Source: Gemmatimonadales bacterium (GTDB lineage: Bacteria; Gemmatimonadota; Gemmatimonadetes; Gemmatimonadales; GWC2-71-9). Taken from it: 64,000 bases of DNA. The translations under genes and the position numbers were made by a program. The notes under the pieces were generated by a model. It did not search any database. It worked only from the letters and a program-made list of their open reading frames with translations, and had not been told where the DNA came from. Location: assembly GCA_039915685.1 (NCBI GenBank), contig JBDSMU010000009.1, forward strand, positions 406 through 64,405. Reading direction: 5' to 3'. Shown here piece after piece: positions 37,526-46,338 of this stretch. Positions within the stretch are counted from its first letter, which is position 1. Each line of letters begins with the position of its first letter.

Positions 37526-39481
37526 TCAGGGGACGGCGCCGGCGTGCCGCGCACCGGCGACACCACCCACCACGGGAATCTCAAATTTTGAATGTGCCAA
37601 ATCGACGGTGAGTTCGGTTCCCGCAACGGGCCAAAGGGTGAACTGGCGATCACTCGACATGATCATCACCGCGAGGCGACTTCCCGCTGGGACATACTCG
37701 TCATCGGGTTCAAGATCGAAGGTGAGATCGTAGAACCGCCCCGGCACCAGCGGCTCGCCCGCCTTCATCGACTGATAGTCCCCTCCCTTCTTCAGTGACT
37801 TCCAGTTGCGGATGTCGGCCCATCCGCGCGCGATCACGCCGCGCTGGCTGGACGCGCCAACGCGCGCTGAATCGAACGGCAGCATCACCAGCCACACCGA
37901 CAGATTTGCGGCCGCCTTGCTGGACGCGATGCGCAGCGTCACACGCGCCGTGCCGGAGACGTGCATCGTGTCGGTCAGGACGCCAGTGGCATACAATAGG
38001 CGGTGCGACGACGACGCCGCGGTCGCATTGGCGCTGCCGCTCATGGCCACATCATCGACAAGGCGATCGGTGCCCTCGCTGGCCTGACCGAGCGTGAGCA
38101 ATCCCGACCCACCTGAGCCCGACACCGGTCGGAACTCGACACGCTCAGAGCCCGGGACCGGGAACGCCGCAAACGGCGTGGGCAGGGTGGTCCGCGGGCG
38201 GGTACGAAGCGCCGCCGAATCCGGCGCTGCGACAGATGCCGGCGTCGCCTGCCGTGCTTGCGGTGCCTGCATGCCCGCATCCTGGACGATCCAGACCGGC
38301 GGGTCCCTCTCCACGCCGTTGTCGATGCCGTACAGGTAATGCGAGAACCATCGGTTCACCATCTCGGCCGGCGGGTTCCCGCCATGGCCGCCTTGGTGCA
38401 TGTACAGTGACACCGGCTGCTGGCGCGCTTGCATCGCTTCGAAGATCCGAACGCTGTGCGACGGGAACACGTTGTAGTCGTTGAAGCCATGGGCCAGGAG
38501 TACCGCCGCCCTGATGCCCTTCGTGTACTGCATCAAGTCGCGAATCTGCCAGAACTCGTTGAGGTCACCGGTCTGGCGGTCCTGCCCCTTCGCACCCGCG
38601 AACACACCGTTCTTCCAGATCTTGTCACAGTTGGCGCGCCCAGTCGTGTCGCCACTCGCCACGAAGTCATAGAGCACATCGACATCTTCGCCGAGGTAGC
38701 CACCAGGCGAGCGCACCAAGCCATTGGCGCGGTAGTAGTGATAGTAGGAGGTGTTCGGTGATACCGGAACGACGACCTCCAGACCTTTGACGCCGGTGGT
38801 GGCAGCGGCGAGCGGCAACGTTCCCTCGTACGATGTCCCCATCATTCCCACCTTGCCGGTCGACCACGATGTCGCCTCGACGCGCTCCGAGCCAGTGCGC
38901 GTGGTGTAGCCCGGTGCGCGTCCATTCAACCAGTCGATCACTGCCTTCGGGGCCATCCGCTCCGGAATATCGCCAACGGTCGGGCATCCTTCCGAGAGGC
39001 CCGTGCCGGGCTGCTCGGAATGCACCACGGCAAATCCGCGCGGCACCCATTCATTCACCAGGGCATTCGAGATGCGGGGTCGTGGCGAGCGGAACGAGGG
39101 CGGCGTCATCGGGTCTCGAGGAGCCGACGCCGCATCGAGTTCCTGGTTCACATTCCAGTTGACCTGGCCGCGCGCGGTGCCCGCGTAATACGGGCTCGAT
39201 CCCATCACCACGGGCACCCGAAGTCCTTCCGACCCGGTCGGGCCGGGCCGGGTGACATCGACGTGGATGCGGTCTTTCCGTCCGTCGCGGTCGGAATCAA
39301 ACGAAGTCTCCACCCAGAGTTCCTGACGGATCCATCGCATCGTATCGGAGAATGCCGGCACCACCTGCGCCTGCCCATCCTGAAACACCGGCGCGGCCTT
39401 CGGTGCGCCCTGGGCCGTGGCGTCCGCCACGCCGAGCATGACCGCCGTAGCAAGCAGGACGAAGGAAGATCGAATGGTCAT
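37526..39481 (-). CDS. S15-family Xaa-Pro dipeptidyl-peptidase / CocE-NonD hydrolase
   Basis: Signal peptide. Nucleophile motif GTSYEGT, GFNDYNV, and a C-terminal beta-sandwich domain. Confidence 0.85.
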   Translation of the reverse strand: MTIRSSFVLLATAVMLGVADATAQGAPKAAPVFQDGQAQVVPAFSDTMRWIRQELWVETSFDSDRDGRKDRIHVDVTRPGPTGSEGLRVPVVMGSSPYYAGTARGQVNWNVNQELDAASAPRDPMTPPSFRSPRPRISNALVNEWVPRGFAVVHSEQPGTGLSEGCPTVGDIPERMAPKAVIDWLNGRAPGYTTRTGSERVEATSWSTGKVGMMGTSYEGTLPLAAATTGVKGLEVVVPVSPNTSYYHYYRANGLVRSPGGYLGEDVDVLYDFVASGDTTGRANCDKIWKNGVFAGAKGQDRQTGDLNEFWQIRDLMQYTKGIRAAVLLAHGFNDYNVFPSHSVRIFEAMQARQQPVSLYMHQGGHGGNPPAEMVNRWFSHYLYGIDNGVERDPPVWIVQDAGMQAPQARQATPASVAAPDSAALRTRPRTTLPTPFAAFPVPGSERVEFRPVSGSGGSGLLTLGQASEGTDRLVDDVAMSGSANATAASSSHRLLYATGVLTDTMHVSGTARVTLRIASSKAAANLSVWLVMLPFDSARVGASSQRGVIARGWADIRNWKSLKKGGDYQSMKAGEPLVPGRFYDLTFDLEPDDEYVPAGSRLAVMIMSSDRQFTLWPVAGTELTVDLAHSKFEIPVVGGVAGARHAGAVP

Positions 39482-39647
39482 CGGAAACTCGGTGGTGGGT
39501 AGTGGGCCGAAACGTACGTTGCCCATGGCCGGCGTTCAACTTCGCAGGTGGCGCGACGAGGGGGCACCATTAGACTGTGGGGACACGCAGAGCGCGGACG
39601 CGTCCCGCGCCGCCCCGCCTCACTTCCTTCGGTTCGGTACCCTCTTC

Positions 39648-40931
39648 ATGCGCCTGACTCTTTGCGTCTTCGCGCTGTTCGGCGTGGCCCTGCAACGTCC
39701 CGGACTGGCCACCGCGCAGGATGTTGTCAAACCAGCCGCGACAACGGCTCGGCTGCGGCTCTTTCTCGACTGCGCGACGCATTGCGACCGGGAATATTTC
39801 CGCTCGGAAATCCGAATCGTCGACTGGGTGACCGACCGCAACGCGAGCGACGTATACGTGCTGGCGACGTCACAACGGACTGGCGCCGGGGGCAATGACG
39901 TTGCCCTTGAGTTCATCGGTCGGGGCGGTGCGCTCGAAGGTCTGACCGATCGCCATTCCTTCCAGACCGCACCCGACGCCACCAGCGATGAGTTGCGCTC
40001 CGAGTTTGCCCGGATCCTCCGGCTGGGCCTGGTGCGATACCTCCTGGTCGGCCGTCGCGCCACGTCCCTGCTCGTCACCGATGGCGATGCGGAAGAGAGT
40101 CGCGTTCGCGACGGCCTGCCGACCACCGACCCGTGGAACTTCTGGGTCTTCAACGTCCAACTCGCCGGGCAGCTCGACGCCGAATCGAAGGAGAAGGGGA
40201 CCGAGGTGGAGCTGCAGTTGAATGCGTCCCGAATCACCGATGCGTGGAAGATGCGATTCGAGCTCGAGGGGACCCTGGACCGCAACACCTACGAGCTCGA
40301 CGATGGCAGGCAGGTACGCGCCACCAAGGACCGCTGGTATGCCGATGCGCTGTTGGGCCGCTCGCTGGGGCCGCAGTGGTCGGCCGGGATCGACGCAGGC
40401 GCGCGAGGCGCCAAGCGCGAGAATCTTCAGCTGCGACTGCGGCTCGCACCGGCCATTGAATACGACGCGTTCCCGTACGCCGAGGCGCATCGACGCCGCC
40501 TGATCCTGCAGTACAGCCTCGGGGTCAACCGGTACGAATACGTCGAGCTGACGGTCTACAATCGTATCCAGGAAACGCGCCTCGATCAGCGACTACGAGT
40601 CGAGTATCGAACTCGTCAGCCGTGGGGTGGGGCGAGCCTGACCGGGACCGCTGAGGCGTTCTTGCACGACCTCGCGCAAAACCGCTTGGGCATCGACGGT
40701 GACATCACAGTACGGCTCGCGAAGGGGCTGGGACTCGATGTCGAGGCGTCGTACTCCAAGGTTCGCAACCAGATCACCCTTCCCAAGGGCGACGCCACGG
40801 ACGACGAGATTTTTCTCGATCTCCGCCAGCGCGCGACCAATTATCAGGCCCACGTCGCCATCGGCCTCTCGTACACCTTCGGGTCGTTCCTGAACAGCAT
40901 CGTCAATCCGCGATTCAACAACCTCGACTAG
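39648..40931 (+). CDS. Hypothetical outer-membrane protein (N-terminal globular part plus beta-barrel-like C-terminus)
   Basis: Signal peptide MRLTLCVFALFGVALQRPGLATAQ and an amphipathic beta pattern in the C-terminal half. Its stop overlaps the convergent pgm stop (CTAG). Confidence 0.6.
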   Translation: MRLTLCVFALFGVALQRPGLATAQDVVKPAATTARLRLFLDCATHCDREYFRSEIRIVDWVTDRNASDVYVLATSQRTGAGGNDVALEFIGRGGALEGLTDRHSFQTAPDATSDELRSEFARILRLGLVRYLLVGRRATSLLVTDGDAEESRVRDGLPTTDPWNFWVFNVQLAGQLDAESKEKGTEVELQLNASRITDAWKMRFELEGTLDRNTYELDDGRQVRATKDRWYADALLGRSLGPQWSAGIDAGARGAKRENLQLRLRLAPAIEYDAFPYAEAHRRRLILQYSLGVNRYEYVELTVYNRIQETRLDQRLRVEYRTRQPWGGASLTGTAEAFLHDLAQNRLGIDGDITVRLAKGLGLDVEASYSKVRNQITLPKGDATDDEIFLDLRQRATNYQAHVAIGLSYTFGSFLNSIVNPRFNNLD

Positions 40932-42568
40932 CCGAGTGCCGCGTCGACGATCGCCTGTGCCTCGGTGATGATCATCTCCAAATGATCGGGCCCGCGGAAT
41001 GATTCAGCGTAGATCTTGTATATGTCCTCCGTACCCGATGGCCGCGCGGCGAACCACCCCGACGCTGTGCATACCTTGATCCCACCAAGCGCGGCGCCGT
41101 TGCCGGAAGCATGGCTGACCACCGATTCGATCCGCTCACCGGCAAGCGTGTTGCTGGTGACTTCATCGGCCGACAGCTTGGACAGCCGAGCCTTCTGCGC
41201 AGGCGTCGCGCCCGCCTCCACCCTGTTGTACACCGGCTCGCCGTGGTCCCTCGTAAGCCCAGCGTAACGCTGCGCAGGATCCTTCCCCGACTGCCCCGTG
41301 ATCTCCGCCGCAAGCAGCGCGGGAATGAAGCCGTCCTTGTCGGTCGACCAGACCGTTCCGGTCCGCCGGAGGAACGATGCTCCGGCGCTTTCTTCGCCCA
41401 CAAACCCCAGTGATCCGTCGAACAGGCCGTCGACGAACCACTTGAAGCCCACCGGCACCTCGTAAACCGACCGACCGATCGACGCAGCGACGCGATCGAT
41501 CATGCTGCTGCTCACCACCGTCTTCCCCACTGCGGCGGCGCTCAACCACTCGTTTCTGGTGCGGAAGAGGTGGTCCACCATCACTGCGAGGTAGGCATTC
41601 GGGCTCAGCAGCCCGCCGCTGCGCGTGACGATGCCGTGTCTATCGTGATCGGTGTCGCATGCGAAGGCGATGTCGAACTGGTCCCTGAGCCCGATGAGCC
41701 GCTGCATGGCGTCAGCCGATGACGGATCCATGCGAAGCTGACCGTCCCAATCCACCGACATGAATGAAAAGGTTGGATCAACCACGTCGCTCACCACGGT
41801 GAGGTTGAGCCGATGGCGGTCCGCAATCTGCTGCCAGTAATGCACGCCGGCACCGCCCATCGGATCGACCCCGAGACGCAGCCCCGCGCTGCGGATGACG
41901 TCCATGTCGATAACCGTGCCGAGGTCGTCGATGTATGGCGTGCGGTAGTCGTGCTGGTGGGTGGTGGCAGCACGGAGGGCCGCCGCATGCGGAACTCGAG
42001 AGATGCCGAGGAGTCGGGCTTCGAGGAGCTCATTGGCCTCGGCTTCGATCCAGCGGGTGACCGACGTGTCAGCGGGCCCGCCGTTGGGCGGGTTGTACTT
42101 GAAGCCGCCGTCGGTGGGTGGGTTGTGCGACGGCGTGATCACGATGCCATCGGCTAGACCAGTCGTGCGCCCGTGGTTGTAACTGAGAATCGCGTGCGAA
42201 ATGACGGGAGTGGGCGTGAAGTCGTCATCAGCCGCAAGCATTACCTCGACCCCGTGCGCCGCAAGCACCTCCAGCGCTGATTCCGCCGCCGGCCGCGAGA
42301 GCGCGTGGGTGTCGATGCCGAGGAAAAGCGGGCCGTCGTACCCCTGCTCGCGTCGGTAGCGGCAGATGGCCTCGCTGATCGCCAGCACGTGATGCTCGTT
42401 GAACGTGCGCTTGAACGCGGAGCCGCGATGCCCCGAGGTCCCGAAGCTCACCCGCTGGGTCGCGATGCCAGGGTCGGGCACTTCGTCGAAGTATGCTGCC
42501 TGAAGCTTGGCAACATCCACGAGCATACCGGGCGAAGGCAACTTGCCAGCGAGTGGGCTTCGATTCAT
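40928..42568 (-). CDS. pgm: Phosphoglucomutase, alpha-D-glucose-phosphate specific
   Basis: ITPSHNPPTDGGFKYNPPNGGPAD active-site block, DTDHDRHGIV metal loop, GEESAGASF. Start at MNRSPLAGK (ATG at 42568). The upstream track extension is Arg/Ser/Cys-rich and was rejected. Confidence 0.95.
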   Translation of the reverse strand: MNRSPLAGKLPSPGMLVDVAKLQAAYFDEVPDPGIATQRVSFGTSGHRGSAFKRTFNEHHVLAISEAICRYRREQGYDGPLFLGIDTHALSRPAAESALEVLAAHGVEVMLAADDDFTPTPVISHAILSYNHGRTTGLADGIVITPSHNPPTDGGFKYNPPNGGPADTSVTRWIEAEANELLEARLLGISRVPHAAALRAATTHQHDYRTPYIDDLGTVIDMDVIRSAGLRLGVDPMGGAGVHYWQQIADRHRLNLTVVSDVVDPTFSFMSVDWDGQLRMDPSSADAMQRLIGLRDQFDIAFACDTDHDRHGIVTRSGGLLSPNAYLAVMVDHLFRTRNEWLSAAAVGKTVVSSSMIDRVAASIGRSVYEVPVGFKWFVDGLFDGSLGFVGEESAGASFLRRTGTVWSTDKDGFIPALLAAEITGQSGKDPAQRYAGLTRDHGEPVYNRVEAGATPAQKARLSKLSADEVTSNTLAGERIESVVSHASGNGAALGGIKVCTASGWFAARPSGTEDIYKIYAESFRGPDHLEMIITEAQAIVDAALG

Positions 42569-42698
42569 TGAGGGGCGCGGTTGGTCATGGCGTGATTCCG
42601 TAAGGGAAGTCGACGAACAATAGCACGCGCACGAGTCGGATCTTGGCGCCGCCCACCGGTGCACGGCACATCGGTCGGATCGCTGCTTACTTTTCAGG

Positions 42699-43787
42699 GT
42701 GACCCGTCTCGCGCTCGCCCTCCCTGCTGGCGACCTCGCCGCCCTGCGGTTCCGGATCCGTCGACTCGCAGAGGATCGCCCCGGCACATACCGAATGCTC
42801 GATGCGGCGGGCCGCATCCTGTACGTCGGCAAGGCGAAGAGCGTGCGCACCCGCCTGATGTCGTACTTCCGGGCGAAGTATCCGGATGACAAGGCCGCTC
42901 GCATCCTGCACGCAACCAGCGACATCCGTTTCGATTACACGCCCAGTGAGTTCGCCGCGGCACTCGCCGAACTGCGGCTGATCCGCCAACACCGGCCCCC
43001 ATATAACGTTGCCATGAACCGCCAGCGCGGGATGATGTTCCTCGTCCTCACCGACGAGCCCGCACCTCGGCTGCTCGCCACACAATCACCCGAGCGCCAT
43101 CCCGGTCGGGTGTACGGTCCGCTCCCCTCCAGAGGGCGGACGTCCAATGGCGCCCGGGTCCTCACCGACTTGTTGGCACTGCGTGACTGTCGAGGCAACG
43201 CTCCGATGCATTTCGCCGAACAGGGCGATCTCTTCACCGAGCCTCGGCGTGCAGCGTGCCCGCGATTCGACTTCGGAACCTGTCTGGCGCCGTGCGCGGG
43301 CGAGGTGTCCGAACCGGTGTACCGAACGCACGCCGAGCGTGCCGCAGCGTTCTGCGAAGGGAGGGCGATCGAGCCGGTTGATCGCGTGGTGCGGGAGATG
43401 ACCGCGCGTGCGGAATCCGGCGACTTCGAGGGTGCGCTCCGGTGGCGCGAACGGTTCGAGGCACTCGAATGGTTGCTGGCGGCTACAACCCGAGCCCGGG
43501 GCGCGCTCGAGCTGCTGACCTTTGTATTCCGTGATCCAGGCGCGCATGGCGATGATCGGGTCTACCTGATCCGACAGGGCGAGGTACGGGGAGGATGGCC
43601 CGACCCCACCACGCCCCTCGAACGGGAGGCGTTCAGGGCAGCCGTGCGAGACGAGCGAGCTCGCGCCGTTGCCCCGATCCATCTCGTCCATCCTGACCGC
43701 TTGCACGAGCGCCTATTGGTGATGCACTGGTTCCGAACCAGGCCCGATTCGTGGCGCCGGACGGTGAAGATGGAGGACTGGCAGTAA
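42699..43787 (+). CDS. UvrC-homologous GIY-YIG nuclease lacking the UvrC C-terminal half (Cho-like)
   Basis: GIY-YIG (GTYRMLDAAGRILYVGKAKSVRTRL), UvrC-type Cys cluster (CPRFDFGTCLAPCAG), UVR-like helix (GDFEGALRWRERFEALEWL). No RNase-H-like/HhH C-terminal region. Confidence 0.78.
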   Translation: MTRLALALPAGDLAALRFRIRRLAEDRPGTYRMLDAAGRILYVGKAKSVRTRLMSYFRAKYPDDKAARILHATSDIRFDYTPSEFAAALAELRLIRQHRPPYNVAMNRQRGMMFLVLTDEPAPRLLATQSPERHPGRVYGPLPSRGRTSNGARVLTDLLALRDCRGNAPMHFAEQGDLFTEPRRAACPRFDFGTCLAPCAGEVSEPVYRTHAERAAAFCEGRAIEPVDRVVREMTARAESGDFEGALRWRERFEALEWLLAATTRARGALELLTFVFRDPGAHGDDRVYLIRQGEVRGGWPDPTTPLEREAFRAAVRDERARAVAPIHLVHPDRLHERLLVMHWFRTRPDSWRRTVKMEDWQ

Positions 43788-43859
43788 GCTTTAGCGATTC
43801 ATAGTGAAACCTTTACCGCACGCGGTCCGTTGTGACGTCAACCTCATGACGGAGCTGCA

Positions 43860-44312
43860 ATGCGCTTTTCACTGATCACCGCCCTCCTCGCCGCACCCGC
43901 GGCGACCTTGGCCGCCCAGGACACCGCCCCGCCCACCCTGAAGGCCCCGCTCACGTTGACGGCGGCCGACTCAGCCCGCTACATCGCCCTGGGCAAGAAA
44001 TACACGGGCTGGTTTCTGGGTGGACAGTCTGATTCACTGGTGGCGGTGACCGAGGCAGATGCCCTCGAGAAAATGGGCGGTCCCGAAGGGATCCAGACGG
44101 TGATGGAGCAGGTGAATTCAAGGGCCGGGATCGAGCTCGCGATTGTCGAGGAGAAGCTGACGCGCCGTCGCGGCGCACTTCAGTTCTGGCACGCCGGCAA
44201 TTTCAGCGAACTGACGTCCGACCAGCTGGTGATCCGCTGGCTCCTCGACGACCACGGGAAGATCGTCGGCGCCGGGATCGGACCGAAGGCCAACACCCCG
44301 CCGGTCGACTGA
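43860..44312 (+). CDS. Hypothetical secreted protein
   Basis: Signal peptide MRFSLITALLAAPAATLAAQ. No recognisable motif. Confidence 0.55.
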   Translation: MRFSLITALLAAPAATLAAQDTAPPTLKAPLTLTAADSARYIALGKKYTGWFLGGQSDSLVAVTEADALEKMGGPEGIQTVMEQVNSRAGIELAIVEEKLTRRRGALQFWHAGNFSELTSDQLVIRWLLDDHGKIVGAGIGPKANTPPVD

Positions 44313-44315
44313 CCG

Positions 44316-44810
44316 CTAGTCCTCGTCCATTCCGGTAAGAGGCACCAGCCGCCCTCTCGGCGGGATCCCGGGCTCAAGCTCGATGATCCCGACCGAGGCG
44401 GGCAGGTCGAAGCGACGCGCACCCGCCCCGCCGGGATTCATCACCGTCACGACGACATCCACCGTTTCGAGCAATGGGCGGTGGGTGTGGCCGAAAATGA
44501 TGATGTCGGCGTCGGGATACTCCTCGTGAAGGAGCGCCGGCGTCGGGGTCACGCCGAACAGGTGGCCGTGCGTGACCACGATGTCGAAACCATCGAGTTG
44601 GAGTCGCGCCGTGTCGCGCACCCGGGCGCGGATGTCAGACCCATCGGTGTTGCCATGAACCGCGGTGACTGGCGCGATCGCCTCGAGCTCGGTGATGATA
44701 TCGGGCGGCCCGATGTCACCAGCGTGCAGGATATGGTCCACTCCCTCGAATACCTCGAACACTTCCGGCCGAAGCAGGCCGTGCGTGTCGCTGATCACGC
44801 CGATCCGCAT
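44316..44810 (-). CDS. YfcE/MJ0936-type metallophosphoesterase
   Basis: MRIGVISDTHG, HAGDIG, GNTD, and GHTH motifs. The ATG lies 5 nt downstream of the ubiX stop. Confidence 0.85.
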   Translation of the reverse strand: MRIGVISDTHGLLRPEVFEVFEGVDHILHAGDIGPPDIITELEAIAPVTAVHGNTDGSDIRARVRDTARLQLDGFDIVVTHGHLFGVTPTPALLHEEYPDADIIIFGHTHRPLLETVDVVVTVMNPGGAGARRFDLPASVGIIELEPGIPPRGRLVPLTGMDED

Positions 44811-44814
44811 TGCG

Positions 44815-45405
44815 TCACCCCTGCCAGCGTGGCGCCAGCGGGATGTCGAGCCCGAGCTGGTCGACAATTCGCTGCACGATGAAGTCGACCAGGTCGCTGA
44901 TGGCGGCGGGCCGGTGGTAGAAACCCGGCGCCGCAGGCACAACCACCGCCCCGGCCTCGGTGATCGCGACCAGGTTTCGCAGATGCACCAAGGAAAGCGG
45001 CGACTCTCGCGGCACAACGATCAGTTTCCGACGTTCCTTGAGCGTTACATCGGCGGCACGTTCCACGAGCGACCGCGAGCTTCCCTGCGCGATCGCCGAC
45101 ACCGTTCCCATCGAGCACGGACAGATCACCATCCCCGCGGTCCGATGCGATCCCGACGCCGGGCGGGCGCCGCGGTCGCCGTCGGGATAAAGGGTCACTG
45201 ACGTCCAATCGCCACCGGTCGCGTCGCGCAGTGCCACTTCATTCGAGATCATCGACTCCGTCTCGAGCAACCGCCAGCCGTGCGAGGTGACGATGAGATC
45301 GACCGGAACCTTCGCCCGCGCCAACACGTCAAGCAACCGCACCGCGTACGGGGCGCCTGATGCGCCGGTGATGGCGAGAACGATGGGAAGGTGCAAGTCG
45401 GGCAT
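44815..45405 (-). CDS. ubiX: UbiX-family flavin prenyltransferase
   Basis: LAITGASGAPYAVRLL, MVICPCSMGT, and LKERRKLI motifs. Confidence 0.92.
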   Translation of the reverse strand: MPDLHLPIVLAITGASGAPYAVRLLDVLARAKVPVDLIVTSHGWRLLETESMISNEVALRDATGGDWTSVTLYPDGDRGARPASGSHRTAGMVICPCSMGTVSAIAQGSSRSLVERAADVTLKERRKLIVVPRESPLSLVHLRNLVAITEAGAVVVPAAPGFYHRPAAISDLVDFIVQRIVDQLGLDIPLAPRWQG

Positions 45406-45406
45406 C

Positions 45407-45434
45407 TCCGTTCTCCGTTATCCGTTCTCCGTCA
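45407..45434 (+). repeat. Four tandem heptamers (TCCGTTC TCCGTTA TCCGTTC TCCGTCA) filling the ubiA-ubiX spacer
   Basis: Parsed directly. On the coding (minus) strand this reads UGA-CGGAGAA-CGGAUAA-CGGAGAA-CGGAG-AUG, i.e. repeated GGAG cores. Confidence 0.85.
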
Positions 45435-46331
45435 AACCACCCTGTCGACCACCGCGAAGATCAACACCACCACACTCATCACGCCGTTCATCGTGAAGAA
45501 GGCCGCGTCGAGGCGGGAAAGATCACCTGGACGCACCAAGCGGTGCTCGTACGTCAGGATTCCCGCAGCAGCGGCCACGCCAAGGAAATACCAGGCGCCA
45601 AAACCGGCATGCCAGCCGAAGACCGCCAGCGCCGGAATCGTGATGCCGTGCAACAGCTTGGCAATCAGGATCGCGCGGTGTTCGCCGAACCGGACCACGA
45701 CGCTCCGCAACCCGCTGGAGCGGTCAAAAGCCTCGTCGGGCAATGCATAGAAGATGTCGAATCCAGCGACCCACGTCATCACCGCCACGGCAATCACGAC
45801 GAGGAGCCACCACGGGTCACTCCACGCCCCGGTGACGGCGATCCAACCACCCACCGGGGCAATCGCAAGCGATAGCCCAAGCCAGAGATGCGGCCACGCC
45901 GTAAAGCGCTTGGTGTAGCTGTAGCCCAGTACCCAGAGGAGTGCCACTGGCGATAGCGCGAGGCAGAGCCGATTGAGCGCTCCAGCCGCCATCAGGAACA
46001 CTACCGCCGCGAGCCCGATCGCGGCGCCTGCTTGCGCCACGCTGATTACGCCCCGCGGGATCTCGCGCGAGCTCGTTCGCGGATTGCGCGCATCAAATTC
46101 CCGGTCGACAATGCGGTTGAATCCCATCGCGACAAACCGGGCCGCACTGAAGGCCACGACCACCAGTGCCACGATCCGCAGCGTGACCGGCGCGACCCAC
46201 GACGCCGCGACCACGCCGAGTAGCGCAAACGGTAATGCAAAGAGAGTGTGCGGCAGCTTCACGAACGACGACCACCGCGCAATGGTGCTTCGCCCGGCGA
46301 ACGTTTGCGCCTCGCGCGCGCTCCCGGTCAC
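45432..46331 (-). CDS. UbiA-family aromatic prenyltransferase
   Basis: Polytopic membrane protein with NRIVDREFD and a second Asp-rich region (DIFYALPDEAFD). Start uncertain: GTG 46331 chosen because it lies 8 nt after the ubiD stop. Confidence 0.85.
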   Translation of the reverse strand: MTGSAREAQTFAGRSTIARWSSFVKLPHTLFALPFALLGVVAASWVAPVTLRIVALVVVAFSAARFVAMGFNRIVDREFDARNPRTSSREIPRGVISVAQAGAAIGLAAVVFLMAAGALNRLCLALSPVALLWVLGYSYTKRFTAWPHLWLGLSLAIAPVGGWIAVTGAWSDPWWLLVVIAVAVMTWVAGFDIFYALPDEAFDRSSGLRSVVVRFGEHRAILIAKLLHGITIPALAVFGWHAGFGAWYFLGVAAAAGILTYEHRLVRPGDLSRLDAAFFTMNGVMSVVVLIFAVVDRVV

Positions 46332-46338
46332 GCGGCCG

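Noticed and set aside
42569-42925. 119-aa N-terminal extension of the pgm ORF, and the similar upstream extensions at 4552-4776, 7262-7426, 12772-12891, 21764-22588, 39417-39647 and 47824-47877
   Set aside because: The ORF track takes the longest ATG/GTG/TTG frame. The extensions are Arg/Ser/Cys/Pro-rich, overlap neighbouring genes or promoters, and precede clear signal peptides or conserved N-termini.
43788-43859. Locally AT-richer spacer as a possible island boundary or att site
   Set aside because: It is only about 70 nt, and is flanked by ordinary core-type genes with the same composition. No tRNA, integrase or direct repeats are nearby, so it is more simply a promoter region.
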